From a virus (taxonomy: Duplodnaviria > Caudoviricetes), in the IMG/VR virus record IMGVR_UViG_3300025270_000009, positions 1 through 64,000 of that record: DNA of 64,000 nucleotides; one strand, 5' to 3'. Of the stretch, positions 1 through 10,325 are shown one piece after another. The notes below the pieces were generated by a model, which saw only the letters and a list, made by a program, of their open reading frames with translations, had not been told where the DNA came from and did not search any database. The position numbers were made by a program, and so were the translations under genes. How positions within the stretch are numbered: the stretch's first letter is position 1; each line of letters starts with the position of its first letter.

Positions 1-824
1 ATTGACTTCTGACCGGCTCCGCTGCGCTCATACGCAATGTTCCACTTAACTTTTTCACCGACCGACTGTGTCACTTTGTTCTTAATGATTTTCGCCGTGA
101 TTTCATGCTCATGCACGCGACCCTCTTCCGACTTCACCTTCTTGCCGAGAGAGATACGCACTGAAGCGTAAAACTTAAGCGCTTTACCGCCAGGTGTCGT
201 CTCAGGATTGCCGAACATAACGCCTGGCTTTTCACGGATCTGGTTGAGGTAAATCATCACCACATCCATGTCATCGACGAACAGGTTTACCGCTTTCAAC
301 GTCGAACTGGTTACTCGAGCCAGTGCCGTTGTGTCGTTCATGTTGTATTCGCTGATGCCCTTTTCTGCAACAGATTTTGGTACTGCAGCTGCCACCGAAT
401 CCTGAACAATAACGATTGGCTTGTCAGCAAACTCTTTTGAGTTTCGAATTGCTTCAGCAACTTCTAACGCCTTTGTATTGCCTTCTTCCCAAGTAACCGG
501 CTTGATATACATAAAGTGTGGTCGTTTTGTATTCAGACCTAAGTCTTCAGCGAAGTCTTTCTTGAAAGACCGCTCGTAATCCACAAAGATTCCGACACCA
601 CCGGCTTTCTGAGCGGCAATCATGGCCATTGTCGCCATTGCTGTCTTACCTGATGACTCAGGGCCGTAGATTTCATAAATGCGGCCGGTGGCAAATCCAC
701 CATCCGGGTTGCCGCTCAACACAATGTCCAACGGCAAAAGCGATGAACTCATAAAGTGATTTTCTTCTTCAAGCCACTCTTCGTCACCTAAAAGACCGGC
801 TAACTCTTTATCTAAACTTGCCAT
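1..824 (-). CDS. recA: RecA-family recombinase (3' end runs off the window start)
   Basis: Manual translation from ATG at 824: MASLDKEL...GRIYEIYGPESSGKT (Walker A)...QDSVAA...NQIREKPGVMFGNPETTPGGKALKFYASVR, the RecA signature. AGGAG RBS upstream. Absent from the ORF track because it is truncated. Confidence 0.95.
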   Translation of the reverse strand, partial: MASLDKELAGLLGDEEWLEEENHFMSSSLLPLDIVLSGNPDGGFATGRIYEIYGPESSGKTAMATMAMIAAQKAGGVGIFVDYERSFKKDFAEDLGLNTKRPHFMYIKPVTWEEGNTKALEVAEAIRNSKEFADKPIVIVQDSVAAAVPKSVAEKGISEYNMNDTTALARVTSSTLKAVNLFVDDMDVVMIYLNQIREKPGVMFGNPETTPGGKALKFYASVRISLGKKVKSEEGRVHEHEITAKIIKNKVTQSVGEKVKWNIAYERSGAGQKS

Positions 825-836
825 GCTGAATGCTCC

Positions 837-1763
837 TTATGCGAATAGACGTTCAACGGTGTCTATTTGATTCGCCAAACTGATGAAATTGTTGTCCTCG
901 AAAAACACCAAAGTTTCTTCTTTACTGAACTTAGGCTTTTCCATCTTGAGGCCGCTTGGTTTTGGCGACTTGCTCATATCCATAAGCGCTATGTTCCGCT
1001 TAAGGATCTCCAGACCGCCATTTTCGTTGCTACAAAAAGCGTTAATCTTCTTGCGAGCCCGAGTAAGCTCTTTGGGCAAGTCTTCTTTTTCAAACTCACC
1101 ATTTGCCCGATAAGCTTTAATCAATTCAGCTATGCTTCCGAAATGATTAATAACTCGCTGAGCTGTTAGCTCTCCCAGGCCACCAACGCCGGGTATGCAG
1201 TCTGAGTTGTCACCTTGCAAATACTTAGATTCGAGAAATTGCTTGGTTGTTTTAAACCCTGTCTTTTTCTCGAAACCATGAGTATCAACTACCTCATCGT
1301 TATGTAGGTTGTACCAGTGAACGAACGGGTTAACCAATTGCAGCCAGTCCTTGTCACCAGTCACAAGCAAAACACGCTTGCCGTTGTCCGATAACTTTTT
1401 GCTTATCCAATAAGCCAGGTCATCAGCTTCTAAACCTTCATAGCTCAATTGCTGAATGCCCATCTTTTCGAGCGCTTCTTTGATCAGGGGTCGCTGCTTG
1501 CGGTATTCTTCCCGCTCAGCCGCCACTTTCGGATTGTCGTCACGCTTTGATTTGTACTCAGGGTATATGTCAAAGCGGAACTGACAGTGCTCGTCCCACA
1601 GACAGATAATTCGAGCGTCAGGGTTTAAGCGCTTAAACTTGATCATCTGCTTGATACTTTGAAACACGGCTTGAGTTTGGTTACCGTCTCCGTCGTTAAG
1701 CTTGCGAGTGCTATTCGACTGATAACCCACCGCATTCATATCAACCAAAATTACGTTATACAT
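837..1763 (-). CDS. 5'-3' exonuclease / flap endonuclease (Pol I N-terminal, T4 RNase H-like)
   Basis: Motifs YPEYKSKR, EADD, TGDKD, GDNSDCIPGVGGLG (H3TH). Confidence 0.93.
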   Translation of the reverse strand: MYNVILVDMNAVGYQSNSTRKLNDGDGNQTQAVFQSIKQMIKFKRLNPDARIICLWDEHCQFRFDIYPEYKSKRDDNPKVAAEREEYRKQRPLIKEALEKMGIQQLSYEGLEADDLAYWISKKLSDNGKRVLLVTGDKDWLQLVNPFVHWYNLHNDEVVDTHGFEKKTGFKTTKQFLESKYLQGDNSDCIPGVGGLGELTAQRVINHFGSIAELIKAYRANGEFEKEDLPKELTRARKKINAFCSNENGGLEILKRNIALMDMSKSPKPSGLKMEKPKFSKEETLVFFEDNNFISLANQIDTVERLFA

Positions 1764-1784
1764 GGTGTGAATCTCCAGTGAAGA

Positions 1785-1808
1785 GAAAGGGGGCTAACGC
1801 CCCCTTTT
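1785..1808. terminator. Rho-independent terminator
   Basis: AAAGGGGGC-TAAC-GCCCCCTTTT hairpin between the SSB and exonuclease genes. Confidence 0.7.
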
Positions 1809-1826
1809 AAAGTTACCGAGTGAACC

Positions 1827-2909
1827 TTACAGGTCGCCCAAGATGTCGTCTAAGTCATCGTCGCTTGAAGACTCAGCTACCGGCGCGTCTCCGCCTACAA
1901 CTTGCTTTTCTTCAGAAGCCTTTTTCTCAGCTTCAGCTTTGGCTTTGGCTTCTTCTTCAGCTTTCGCCTTAGCTTCCGCTTCTTTGCGCTGTTCAGCTTC
2001 ACGCTTAGCCTTAGCTTCTTCTTCGGCCTTAGCCTTTTCTTCGGCTTCCTGGTCGTCAGATTCAGACTCAACAACCTTCTCTTCTGAAGCTTCTGCTTCA
2101 GGCTCGTCAGCCGGCTCGTACTCAGCATCTTCAATGCTTTCGTCCAACATATTGTCGAGTTCACGGCGCTCACTGGCTTTGTTCTCAAGAGCTCGACCAC
2201 CATCAGCAACTTCGATGCCGACAATAGAGCCAACAGTAGCGATTGCCTTATTGACTCGCTCCTGCTCCCAGTTCTGAGCTTTAATCCACTTGTCGATGTC
2301 CTTGCGAGCTTCTAACTGCTCTTTAGTCACGTCTTTAACGTTATTCTTAGGCGATGTCGGCATGACTGTATATTTACGGTCAAAACCCGAGCCTGTTGCG
2401 TTAACAGTGATATCAAGGCCGTCTTCCGTTGCAATGATTTGCTCACCGTACTCTTCAAACAGACTGATAATGTCGTTTTCAAACAGTGAACGTGGAATGT
2501 CGATCACTTCAACGCTATCATCTGAGCGCTTGTCACCACGCACAACAACGTTTAGCAAAATACGATTACCGGCGTTCGCTTTCTTAAGCGCTTTAACGCT
2601 GTCATCACTGTCATTGATTTCACCCATAGACTCGCGAACATAGCCAAACGCATCGCCAATAGCGTTACAGGTCGGACACTCTTCGTCGTAAGTTGCGCGA
2701 GGGCATACATGAACACCTTTCAAGTCGCCTTTTGCATCTTTTACAAAGTGCATACCAAAATCGTGAAAAAAGGTGTCGTCGTCTTCGCGCCAACCCGGTA
2801 GGATGCGCAACTGCGTTTTGCCTTCTTTCAGTTTATAAGCACTATCGTTACCTAGTTTGCGTTCTTCAGCTTGTTCTTTGCGTTTCTTGATGATGTCGTT
2901 TAGTTTCAT
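1827..2909 (-). CDS. gp32-like single-stranded DNA-binding protein
   Basis: LRILP motif, H..C-x8-C-x2-C zinc site, acidic C-terminus DDDLDDILGDL, position in the replication cluster. Confidence 0.75.
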   Translation of the reverse strand: MKLNDIIKKRKEQAEERKLGNDSAYKLKEGKTQLRILPGWREDDDTFFHDFGMHFVKDAKGDLKGVHVCPRATYDEECPTCNAIGDAFGYVRESMGEINDSDDSVKALKKANAGNRILLNVVVRGDKRSDDSVEVIDIPRSLFENDIISLFEEYGEQIIATEDGLDITVNATGSGFDRKYTVMPTSPKNNVKDVTKEQLEARKDIDKWIKAQNWEQERVNKAIATVGSIVGIEVADGGRALENKASERRELDNMLDESIEDAEYEPADEPEAEASEEKVVESESDDQEAEEKAKAEEEAKAKREAEQRKEAEAKAKAEEEAKAKAEAEKKASEEKQVVGGDAPVAESSSDDDLDDILGDL

Positions 2910-2918
2910 GATGTTTCC

Positions 2919-3446
2919 TTAGCCTTCTACATTCATGCCAGTTGCTTTTTGAATTCGTGATGCCGCAGCCCCACGGTCCTTTTTTGGAGCTGAGTGATAG
3001 CCTTCCAATGAAAGCTGTTCAGACTCCCTTTTGGCCAATTGCGAAATCATTCGCGAACGTTGGTCAAACGCTTCGTTCATGCTCTTGCAAATGCCCAAAA
3101 CTTCTTTCGCATCGATGACTAGGTCTTCCACCTTTCTCATCAATGGGTGTGTCTCAACTTCGGCGGCGATTGCCGGTTCAGTCTTCTTGTCTCCGCTATC
3201 GAGTGCTTGCTTGCGCACTTCTTTAGCAAGAGACGACCGAACTATTTCAGCCGCACGTTTGAGACGCTCATGTTGCTTCTGAGCTTGGCTGTGAGCGACA
3301 CCGGCTAGAAAGGCCAGTGACGGCTGACCTCTCATTTCTTCATCCAGTCTTTTGTCGCTGATAGACAGCTTTGAGCGCATTTCTTTTCCCGTTAATGGGT
3401 TTCGAACGGCTAGCTCAGAAACAAACTCTTTCAAATCTTTTTGCAT
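2919..3446 (-). CDS. Helical hypothetical protein, possibly a UvsY-like recombination mediator
   Basis: Coiled-coil character and position next to ssb/recA. Function is inference. Confidence 0.45.
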   Translation of the reverse strand: MQKDLKEFVSELAVRNPLTGKEMRSKLSISDKRLDEEMRGQPSLAFLAGVAHSQAQKQHERLKRAAEIVRSSLAKEVRKQALDSGDKKTEPAIAAEVETHPLMRKVEDLVIDAKEVLGICKSMNEAFDQRSRMISQLAKRESEQLSLEGYHSAPKKDRGAAASRIQKATGMNVEG

Positions 3447-3538
3447 ATTTTGTATCTCTCTGCTGATTGACGAGAACTATAAAACACTTTCTTAAGAATA
3501 TCTATCTATCCACTGAGATATTTTCCTAAGTAAAGAAA

Positions 3539-6500
3539 TTACTTTCCAACCATTTCTGCTGCCCGGATAAACGCATTTTCTATTTCTTCTGTCAGCTCTG
3601 GCTTCATGTAAATCATGCCTGGACTGACTGTGAATAAATACGTTCTGTCACCGTCTACATCATAAACGTCTTGCCCTGACAGCTCTTCAATTCCACCTTT
3701 AACATCCGGGTGAAATGCACGAACAGTCATTGAGCCGGATAGAATGCAAATAGCAGGGTCCATAATGGCCACTTCTTCTTTTATGATGTCCTTGTACGCT
3801 TTGAGAAGATTCGGATCTATCTCTTCACCAAACTTAGGTTTTTCAGTTTTGAACAAGGTTGTGTAATACACCTCTGCCATTCCAAAACCTGCATTCTTAA
3901 TGGCCGCTTCAACCGTCCCTCGCGTTTTCTTGTCGAGCAACTCACCTTTCTGCAGCTCATAATAGTTTGGCGCATCAACGATCATCATGACGTATGGCCG
4001 CTTACCTGTTTTCGGTACCACTTCAATCGGCACATCGTATTCTTTTTCTTTATCCTGGTACATTTTGAGCAATGTCGGTTCAGCCAGGCCAAAGTTCATC
4101 CTGCGATTAGCCGACACGTCAGCCATAGCAAATGCCCCCATAACTTCTTTCTGAGCCCGAACACGGTCAGCGTGCAACGGATGCTTTTGATCCGGCTCGA
4201 TGTCAGCAAACGCACCAATCGAGTCCAGGTTCTCAATTGCTCGCTTATTAAGTTTGCGACCGTCTACCCTACCCCTTAAGTCTTCTATCGATTCGAAAGG
4301 GCCATTCTTGCGAGCTTCCAGTATTGCTTCAACACTTTTGCCGCTGACGTACTTAACACGGTCGAGAGGTGTGTATAGAACCTCACACTCACGAGCTGTG
4401 TCATAGACTATCTCAAACTTACCCGATGACTTGTTTATGTCGGGCGGCAAAATAATCACCCCATCGTTTGCAGCGTCTCTCGCTACACTGCCGACTTTGT
4501 CATCTGACAGAATCGACATTGATGCTGCGTAAAATACAGCCGGATAGTTCGCCTTTATATAGCCGCACTGATACGAAATTAGTGAGTACGCCACTGCGTG
4601 CGATTTGTTGAATGAGTAGGCAGCAAAGCCTTCAATATCATCCCAAAGCTGCTGAGCGTCTCGCTCAAGCATCCCTGAATCGACACAACCGTTAATGAAC
4701 CGCTCACTCATCGTTGCCATTTTCTCAGCGTCTTTCTTGCCAACTGCTTTACGCAAAATGTCAGCTTGAGCCATAGTGAAGCCAGCCAAGTCTTGCGATA
4801 GCCTCATGATCTGCTCCTGGTAAACCATGACACCAAACGTCTCTTTCAACGCCGGTTCAGCTTTACCGTGAACGTATGCTTCATTCAGCTGACCTGAACG
4901 AATCTTGCAGTACTGCTCTGACAGACCGGCGTCGAGTGGACCCGGACGGTTTAATGCGTTGACCGCAACGATGTCTTCAAAGGTCATTTCGCCGCCTTCA
5001 GCGATGTCTTTTAGCAGTTTTCGAGCATTGCCCCCTTCAAACTGAAAAACCCCCTTAGTGCGACCCTCAGCAAACAGCTGAAGCGTTTTCTTGTCATCAA
5101 GCGGAATCGCATTAAGGTTTAACTTAATATCCCGCTCTTCTAAGAAATCCAGTGCAATGCGCAAAATGTCCAACGTCGACAAGCCTAGCAAGTCGAGCTT
5201 TATCAAGCCCTGGTCTTCTACATTCGACTTATCCCAGTTAACCGTTGCACCTTTTCGAGTTTCGAGAACGGCACGCTCCCTGATCGGAACTCCTGCGACA
5301 ATCAAACCGGCTGCGTGCTGAGACAAGGTTCTTAACTTACCCTGAAGCCCGTCAATTTGTTCGATTATCTCAGGGTACTTCTCTGCGAAACCCTGCATCT
5401 GATCGTCTTGCTCAAGCGCCTCTTCAAGCGTCATTTCATTCAGCTTTTTGGAGACGTTTATCTCCGAGTTACTCAGCCCATGTGTACGACCTAAATCACG
5501 AATCGTTGAAGAGCCACCCAGTTTTGAGTAGTTGCTGATACCGGCTACATATTCTTTACCGAACTTGTCCTCTAAATGCTCCACCACGTTCTGACGACGA
5601 GACGACATAAAGTCCAGGTCGATATCCGGATAGTCGAGACGGTCAGGGTTCAAGAAGCGCTCGAAAATCAGGCCAAAACGAATCGGGTCAACATCAGTAA
5701 TTCCCATTAAATAAGCGACCAGTGAACCCGCCGCTGAACCACGAGCCGGGCCTACCGCAATCTTGTTCTCTTTCGACCAGTTGACTACGTATGAAACGAG
5801 AAGAAAGTAAGGAACGAAGCCCATTTCTTTGATAATGCCAAGCTCATACTTCAAGCGCTCTTTGTAAACCGGCATATCTTCCGCTGACGGCTTATAATCA
5901 AAAACCGGCTTACTGAAACGCAACTGCCAGCCTTCTTTGCACTTGTTAACTAGCTCACCGAACTCATCTTCAGCAAGTTTAGGTAGAGATATCTCCTGAC
6001 GCTCCCACTTGTAATCACAACGCTCATGAAAAGACACGGCGTGCGGCAACAGTCTTTTCAGAAGATCTACGTTGCAAGAAACTTTGAGCTCCTGTGAGCT
6101 CATCAAATAAGCATCCCGGTATTGCGGTATCGGTCTTAGCTCAGATTTAGCCGGAGCTCCTTTGAAAGAAGAGCCGTTAACTATGTAGCTTAAATGGTCT
6201 CGAGTATCGTCCTGACCCTTTTTATACATAGCCGTTCTGGTGATAATCAGTTGAAGACGCTCAGAATCATCGTTCTCAATGAGTTCCAATGCTGCATCAC
6301 ACACCGACTCGAAATAGCCTGTTGGCAGCAATGGCGCCTCAAGATAAAACTCTGGCACTGTATCGACCAAGTTTCTGACAATGTCGGTTGCGTTTGGCAA
6401 CAACAAAGGAGAATTCATGTCATTCGTGGTCACGATGACATTTCCACGACTTGCAACCTTAACGATGTCGTAAAGAGACGTTCTAGGGTGAAAGTAGAAA

Positions 6501-6832
6501 TACTCTTCACTGTTAGCCAGTGAAAGAATTTCAAACAAGTCTTTCATACCCTCATCATTCTTAACGATGATTCGCAACTGGTACATTGGGTTGTGCGCTT
6601 TCTTCTCGCGCAGCTTTGGATCGGCAACAACCGTTACCGATGCGCTTATCACATAGTCCAGGCCAAGCTTGTTGCACTCATCAACAAACTCAGTCATCCC
6701 CGAGACAGTATTGCTGTCAGATAAAAGCGCTACTGGCTTTTCCAACTCTTTTGTCTGTTGAGCGACCTCAGCCGGCTCTAACAGAGCACTTCCGAGAGAG
6801 AAGTGCGTTTGTGCGAACTGATAAACTTTCAT
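3539..6832 (-). CDS. dnaE: DNA polymerase III alpha subunit with C-terminal uracil-DNA glycosylase-like domain
   Basis: N-terminal PHP domain; motifs GPARGSAAGSLVAY, FERFLNPDR, PDIDLDF, HAAG, KLDLLGL, FNKSHA. Confidence 0.95.
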   Translation of the reverse strand: MKVYQFAQTHFSLGSALLEPAEVAQQTKELEKPVALLSDSNTVSGMTEFVDECNKLGLDYVISASVTVVADPKLREKKAHNPMYQLRIIVKNDEGMKDLFEILSLANSEEYFYFHPRTSLYDIVKVASRGNVIVTTNDMNSPLLLPNATDIVRNLVDTVPEFYLEAPLLPTGYFESVCDAALELIENDDSERLQLIITRTAMYKKGQDDTRDHLSYIVNGSSFKGAPAKSELRPIPQYRDAYLMSSQELKVSCNVDLLKRLLPHAVSFHERCDYKWERQEISLPKLAEDEFGELVNKCKEGWQLRFSKPVFDYKPSAEDMPVYKERLKYELGIIKEMGFVPYFLLVSYVVNWSKENKIAVGPARGSAAGSLVAYLMGITDVDPIRFGLIFERFLNPDRLDYPDIDLDFMSSRRQNVVEHLEDKFGKEYVAGISNYSKLGGSSTIRDLGRTHGLSNSEINVSKKLNEMTLEEALEQDDQMQGFAEKYPEIIEQIDGLQGKLRTLSQHAAGLIVAGVPIRERAVLETRKGATVNWDKSNVEDQGLIKLDLLGLSTLDILRIALDFLEERDIKLNLNAIPLDDKKTLQLFAEGRTKGVFQFEGGNARKLLKDIAEGGEMTFEDIVAVNALNRPGPLDAGLSEQYCKIRSGQLNEAYVHGKAEPALKETFGVMVYQEQIMRLSQDLAGFTMAQADILRKAVGKKDAEKMATMSERFINGCVDSGMLERDAQQLWDDIEGFAAYSFNKSHAVAYSLISYQCGYIKANYPAVFYAASMSILSDDKVGSVARDAANDGVIILPPDINKSSGKFEIVYDTARECEVLYTPLDRVKYVSGKSVEAILEARKNGPFESIEDLRGRVDGRKLNKRAIENLDSIGAFADIEPDQKHPLHADRVRAQKEVMGAFAMADVSANRRMNFGLAEPTLLKMYQDKEKEYDVPIEVVPKTGKRPYVMMIVDAPNYYELQKGELLDKKTRGTVEAAIKNAGFGMAEVYYTTLFKTEKPKFGEEIDPNLLKAYKDIIKEEVAIMDPAICILSGSMTVRAFHPDVKGGIEELSGQDVYDVDGDRTYLFTVSPGMIYMKPELTEEIENAFIRAAEMVGK

Positions 6833-7323
6833 AGTAACGTGTATTCCTTGCCATTCTTTTCAATCATGCCGTAGAAGTCGAGCGCCTTTATTGCCGCCGT
6901 AACTTCTGACTGAGCCGTTGTCTGAGCCATGCCCAGGCCTAATGCGTAATCCAATAACTCTGAGCGTGTGAAGCCGCCTGTCTTCAGCATACTTACTGCT
7001 TGCCAAAACACTTTTCTATCTTTGTGTCTCTGACCTGCGCCTAGTATGTCAGCACTTACATACAAATCTTTATCAAAAAGAGAGAGCACAAGCTTCTTAG
7101 GGTGTTTAGCTAATTGATCTAGCTTTTCAGCAAACAGCTCTTTCTGCCGGTTGCTCTCTTCTTTTTTCATTATCTTCTTGTCGTCACTGTCACCGCTAAA
7201 GCTTTGAATGACGCCTTTGACCCGTTCCGAGCACTTATCCTTTATCTCGCACGATTTACAGTAGTCGCTTCTCGGGTCATAACAGGCAGCGTAACCAAAG
7301 CACAGTCTCATACTTAACCCCAA
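6829..7323 (-). CDS. Hypothetical protein with N-terminal Cys cluster and possible C-terminal winged helix
   Basis: CFG..C..C-x2-C-x4-C pattern; overlaps both neighbouring genes. Confidence 0.55.
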   Translation of the reverse strand: MGLSMRLCFGYAACYDPRSDYCKSCEIKDKCSERVKGVIQSFSGDSDDKKIMKKEESNRQKELFAEKLDQLAKHPKKLVLSLFDKDLYVSADILGAGQRHKDRKVFWQAVSMLKTGGFTRSELLDYALGLGMAQTTAQSEVTAAIKALDFYGMIEKNGKEYTLL

Positions 7324-8420
7324 ATTCGTTGAGCAAACTCTTCACACATTGCAGCGTCTCTACCTGGCAGTCGATTGCTAAAGGCTAGTCGTGCACCTTC
7401 AGCCATGTCACCAAGATCGATACCGTTCTGAGCAATGTTGAGAATTACCCGGACGCCGCCTATCGTGTTTGAGATTTTACCTTTCTTAAAAGAGTTTCTG
7501 ACCATGCCGACATACTCCATGATGCTTTTAGCTAGAGATTCGTCCGCATCGGTCTTCTTCATGAGGATCTCGTTTTCCACCTCTTCCCCTAACCCTTCTA
7601 GGTGGTAGACGATTCCAAAGCGCTCCATGTTTGCTGCATTCTGAAGCTTAGCCCCTTGAAACAAGCCGCTCTCATCACCTGCACCGTTCGTGTTTCCGGT
7701 TGCGAAGAATCGAAAGTCTTTGTGTGGGTGAACAATGTTGTTCCCGTTATTAGGGCCTCGAATGACTAAAGGCTTTCCTTCAAGCACAGCCTGATAGTTT
7801 GCCGCAACACTTGGTTGAGCAAAGTCATATTCATCAGCTATGTAAATCCAACCTTTCGTCATGGCCATAGCAAGCAAACCCTCAGCGTAATAGCTGCCTT
7901 CTTTATTGACTCGCTCTGTACCGAGAATCTCCCAGTCTTCTATCTGACCTGAATGTTGAACGCGAATGGCCGGCTTGTTATTTCTGGCGGCGAACTGCTC
8001 TATTAAGCTCGTTTTGCCGTTTCCAGGCATACCGAACACATAGACTGGTACGTTTCGCTCGTAACCCATTCTGATGATGTTGTCGGCTTTTTTGGGTATG
8101 ACGTAGTTATCGTCAATGGCGGGAATTCCGCTATTTGCATCTTCTTTCATGACCGGCTCCGGTTTTTGCTTTTGCTGAATGTCGTCTTTAACGTCTCTGC
8201 CTATTTTCTTGGCGATGGACTTGTACGCTTTCTCCGTGTAAAGCGATGCGCCTGGAAACAATTGCGCATATTGCTTTTCAGCTTCAAATGCGTCATTGCT
8301 ATCGATATGAGACCTGCTGCACTCTTTCAAGTGCTTAATTACCGCCTCACAGTTCTCACCGCAAAACTGACAGGTGACAGTCTTCGACACGTTGTCCTGT
8401 GTTAGTAATTCAAATGTCAT
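7314..8420 (-). CDS. CobS/MoxR-like AAA+ ATPase with N-terminal zinc finger
   Basis: Motifs GMPGNGKT, ADEYD, HPHKDFRFFATGN; N-terminal CQFC..H..C. Confidence 0.88.
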   Translation of the reverse strand: MTFELLTQDNVSKTVTCQFCGENCEAVIKHLKECSRSHIDSNDAFEAEKQYAQLFPGASLYTEKAYKSIAKKIGRDVKDDIQQKQKPEPVMKEDANSGIPAIDDNYVIPKKADNIIRMGYERNVPVYVFGMPGNGKTSLIEQFAARNNKPAIRVQHSGQIEDWEILGTERVNKEGSYYAEGLLAMAMTKGWIYIADEYDFAQPSVAANYQAVLEGKPLVIRGPNNGNNIVHPHKDFRFFATGNTNGAGDESGLFQGAKLQNAANMERFGIVYHLEGLGEEVENEILMKKTDADESLAKSIMEYVGMVRNSFKKGKISNTIGGVRVILNIAQNGIDLGDMAEGARLAFSNRLPGRDAAMCEEFAQRIWG

Positions 8421-8493
8421 TTTACCGCGCTCGTATTGCTGAATGTGTTCTTATAGTATGACAGTGCTGAGATATATTCAACTCGCCAAAAGA

Positions 8494-10260
8494 CTATTTT
8501 TCCATCGAATTGAACAGCTCCAGAAGCTTCTCGGTCATATCGTTGGCGTCTTCTGACACCGTATGATGGTCAAAGAATACTCCTGCATGGTTGGTTCCGA
8601 CCCCCAAACTGCACATTAAAATTTTTCTACGCCACTTATTAATTTTTTTCTTCAAGTCTTCTTCAAACAAATGATAGCTTTCACTTTTACCGCTCATGGC
8701 TTCCGGCATACCGTCACTGATCACAAAAAGCATCTTTTTGGACTCAGGTCGGTCTATCAACATTTTGCAGCAAATATCCACCGCTTCACCGTCCACATTG
8801 TCCTGGTATATCTCCGGATAAGTGGCCATGTCGAACTTGTTTATATTGGTCATTTCAGACCAATTCTTAATAGTTGGCATAAGAAGTGGCTGAATTCTGA
8901 CGTAGTCTTGGGCCATTTCTAAGTCCAGATAGTGAATGTAGTTTATTGGTATGCCACCTTTATTCACACAATTGGCCGTTGTATGCCCCATGACCTTACA
9001 AGTCACACCAACCTTATCCATCACACTCGAAAGAGAATAAGCGGCCTTCATCGCCTCTACATGGCGATTTTGCTCTATCATTGAGTAGCTCATATCAATC
9101 AGTATGATTGCAGCGGCGCTCTTGTCTTCTTTATCGCTTCTTTTTCTGAAGATCCGGTCGTCACCGAGTGCAAAGCGACTTATCTTCTTGGGATCGATAA
9201 CACCAGAAACATGACCACTGTCCCAACCCGAGTTCGTCTTGCCTATTATTTTTCTTTCAATGGCATTCATCAGCTGAGCTCTACCGCTCTCAACTTCGAT
9301 TTTCTCAAAGTCACCAGGCAAAGTGTTGTGCTCTTGAATGACGTCCAGGATTGGCACCCCTATCATGTCGTATGAGCGCGACATCACAGAATACTCTTCA
9401 TCGTCATCCTCATCAGACTGGTTCAACTCCATTTCTATTGCTTCACCAATGTCGCCGTTTCCAGGCTGCTCAAACTTGTCAGCCGGGCTTTCTTCTGACT
9501 CACCCTGCTCATCATCTTCTTCCGGCTTCGAGTCGTCATTTTGGTCACCATCGTCCTGCTCTGGATCTTCATCGTCGCCAGAGTTTTCAACCTCATCGTC
9601 CTCTTCTTCGTCAAAGTAGAGTTCGCTCAGTATCTCTGATATACGGGAGGCCTGTTCACAGCCCTGCTTAGAGTTTTCTATTTGCTGACCGCCGAATTCA
9701 CTTGCTATCTGGTCGATCACTCTTGGGCAAGCAACTTTGAATTCGTCCATAAACTCAGAGTGTCCGGGTACACCGTATATGGCTCTCAAAAAGGTAGGCG
9801 CCGCCGAAACGAAATTGTTAACCTGGTCCTGGATACTTTGAGGGTTTTTGAAGTCATTCTGATAATCCGACCAAAGCTTTTGCTCAAAAACAGCAACAAG
9901 GTTTTTCGCTGAACCTTTCCAACGCTTTATCCGTTTTTGCTCGATATGACAGTCTTCAACAATCTGCCCCACGAACAGTGCCACCTGCGAATCTGCAAAC
10001 TTGACCTTGTACTCTTCGCGTCTATCAATGTCTGTGTACTCAACATGGCTCACCTCGTGATCGACATAGCCGTTGTAGAGTCGCAAAGTTTTTTCATCCA
10101 GATCATCTTTTGGCTCTGGCAGTATCAAGGTTTCAGGTCTCCCATCCACCCCGTACTCCAAACCTGCAGATTTACCGGCTACCAAAACACTGATCTTGTC
10201 TTCAACCAGGCTTTCAGCCAAGTCAGCGATGTAGCTATTAAAGCGCTGCATATATCTCAT
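8494..10260 (-). CDS. CobT-like VWA-domain protein
   Basis: DHEVSH motif, acidic linker, MIDAS-like DMSYS, NVDGEA, VISDGMP; paired with the AAA ATPase. Confidence 0.85.
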   Translation of the reverse strand: MRYMQRFNSYIADLAESLVEDKISVLVAGKSAGLEYGVDGRPETLILPEPKDDLDEKTLRLYNGYVDHEVSHVEYTDIDRREEYKVKFADSQVALFVGQIVEDCHIEQKRIKRWKGSAKNLVAVFEQKLWSDYQNDFKNPQSIQDQVNNFVSAAPTFLRAIYGVPGHSEFMDEFKVACPRVIDQIASEFGGQQIENSKQGCEQASRISEILSELYFDEEEDDEVENSGDDEDPEQDDGDQNDDSKPEEDDEQGESEESPADKFEQPGNGDIGEAIEMELNQSDEDDDEEYSVMSRSYDMIGVPILDVIQEHNTLPGDFEKIEVESGRAQLMNAIERKIIGKTNSGWDSGHVSGVIDPKKISRFALGDDRIFRKRSDKEDKSAAAIILIDMSYSMIEQNRHVEAMKAAYSLSSVMDKVGVTCKVMGHTTANCVNKGGIPINYIHYLDLEMAQDYVRIQPLLMPTIKNWSEMTNINKFDMATYPEIYQDNVDGEAVDICCKMLIDRPESKKMLFVISDGMPEAMSGKSESYHLFEEDLKKKINKWRRKILMCSLGVGTNHAGVFFDHHTVSEDANDMTEKLLELFNSMEK

Positions 10261-10325
10261 TCCTTAAATAGTGCTTCAAAACGAAAAGAGACCGCAAAGC
10301 GGCCTCTAGTCATGAATTTGTTTTA

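Noticed and set aside
3539-6832. Intein or intron in DnaE, helicase or terminase
   Set aside because: Lengths and motif spacing are normal, and no intein splice-junction or LAGLIDADG motifs were seen.
1449-8182. TTGCTGAATG matches inside CDSs (about 1449 and 8172; also about 54415)
   Set aside because: They are explained by Ile-Gln-Gln/His codons and were not counted as leader motifs, although they show that a background rate exists.
7314-10260. CobS/CobT as cobalamin biosynthesis genes
   Set aside because: There is no CobN or other cob gene; AAA+/VWA pairs are common phage chaperone-like modules.
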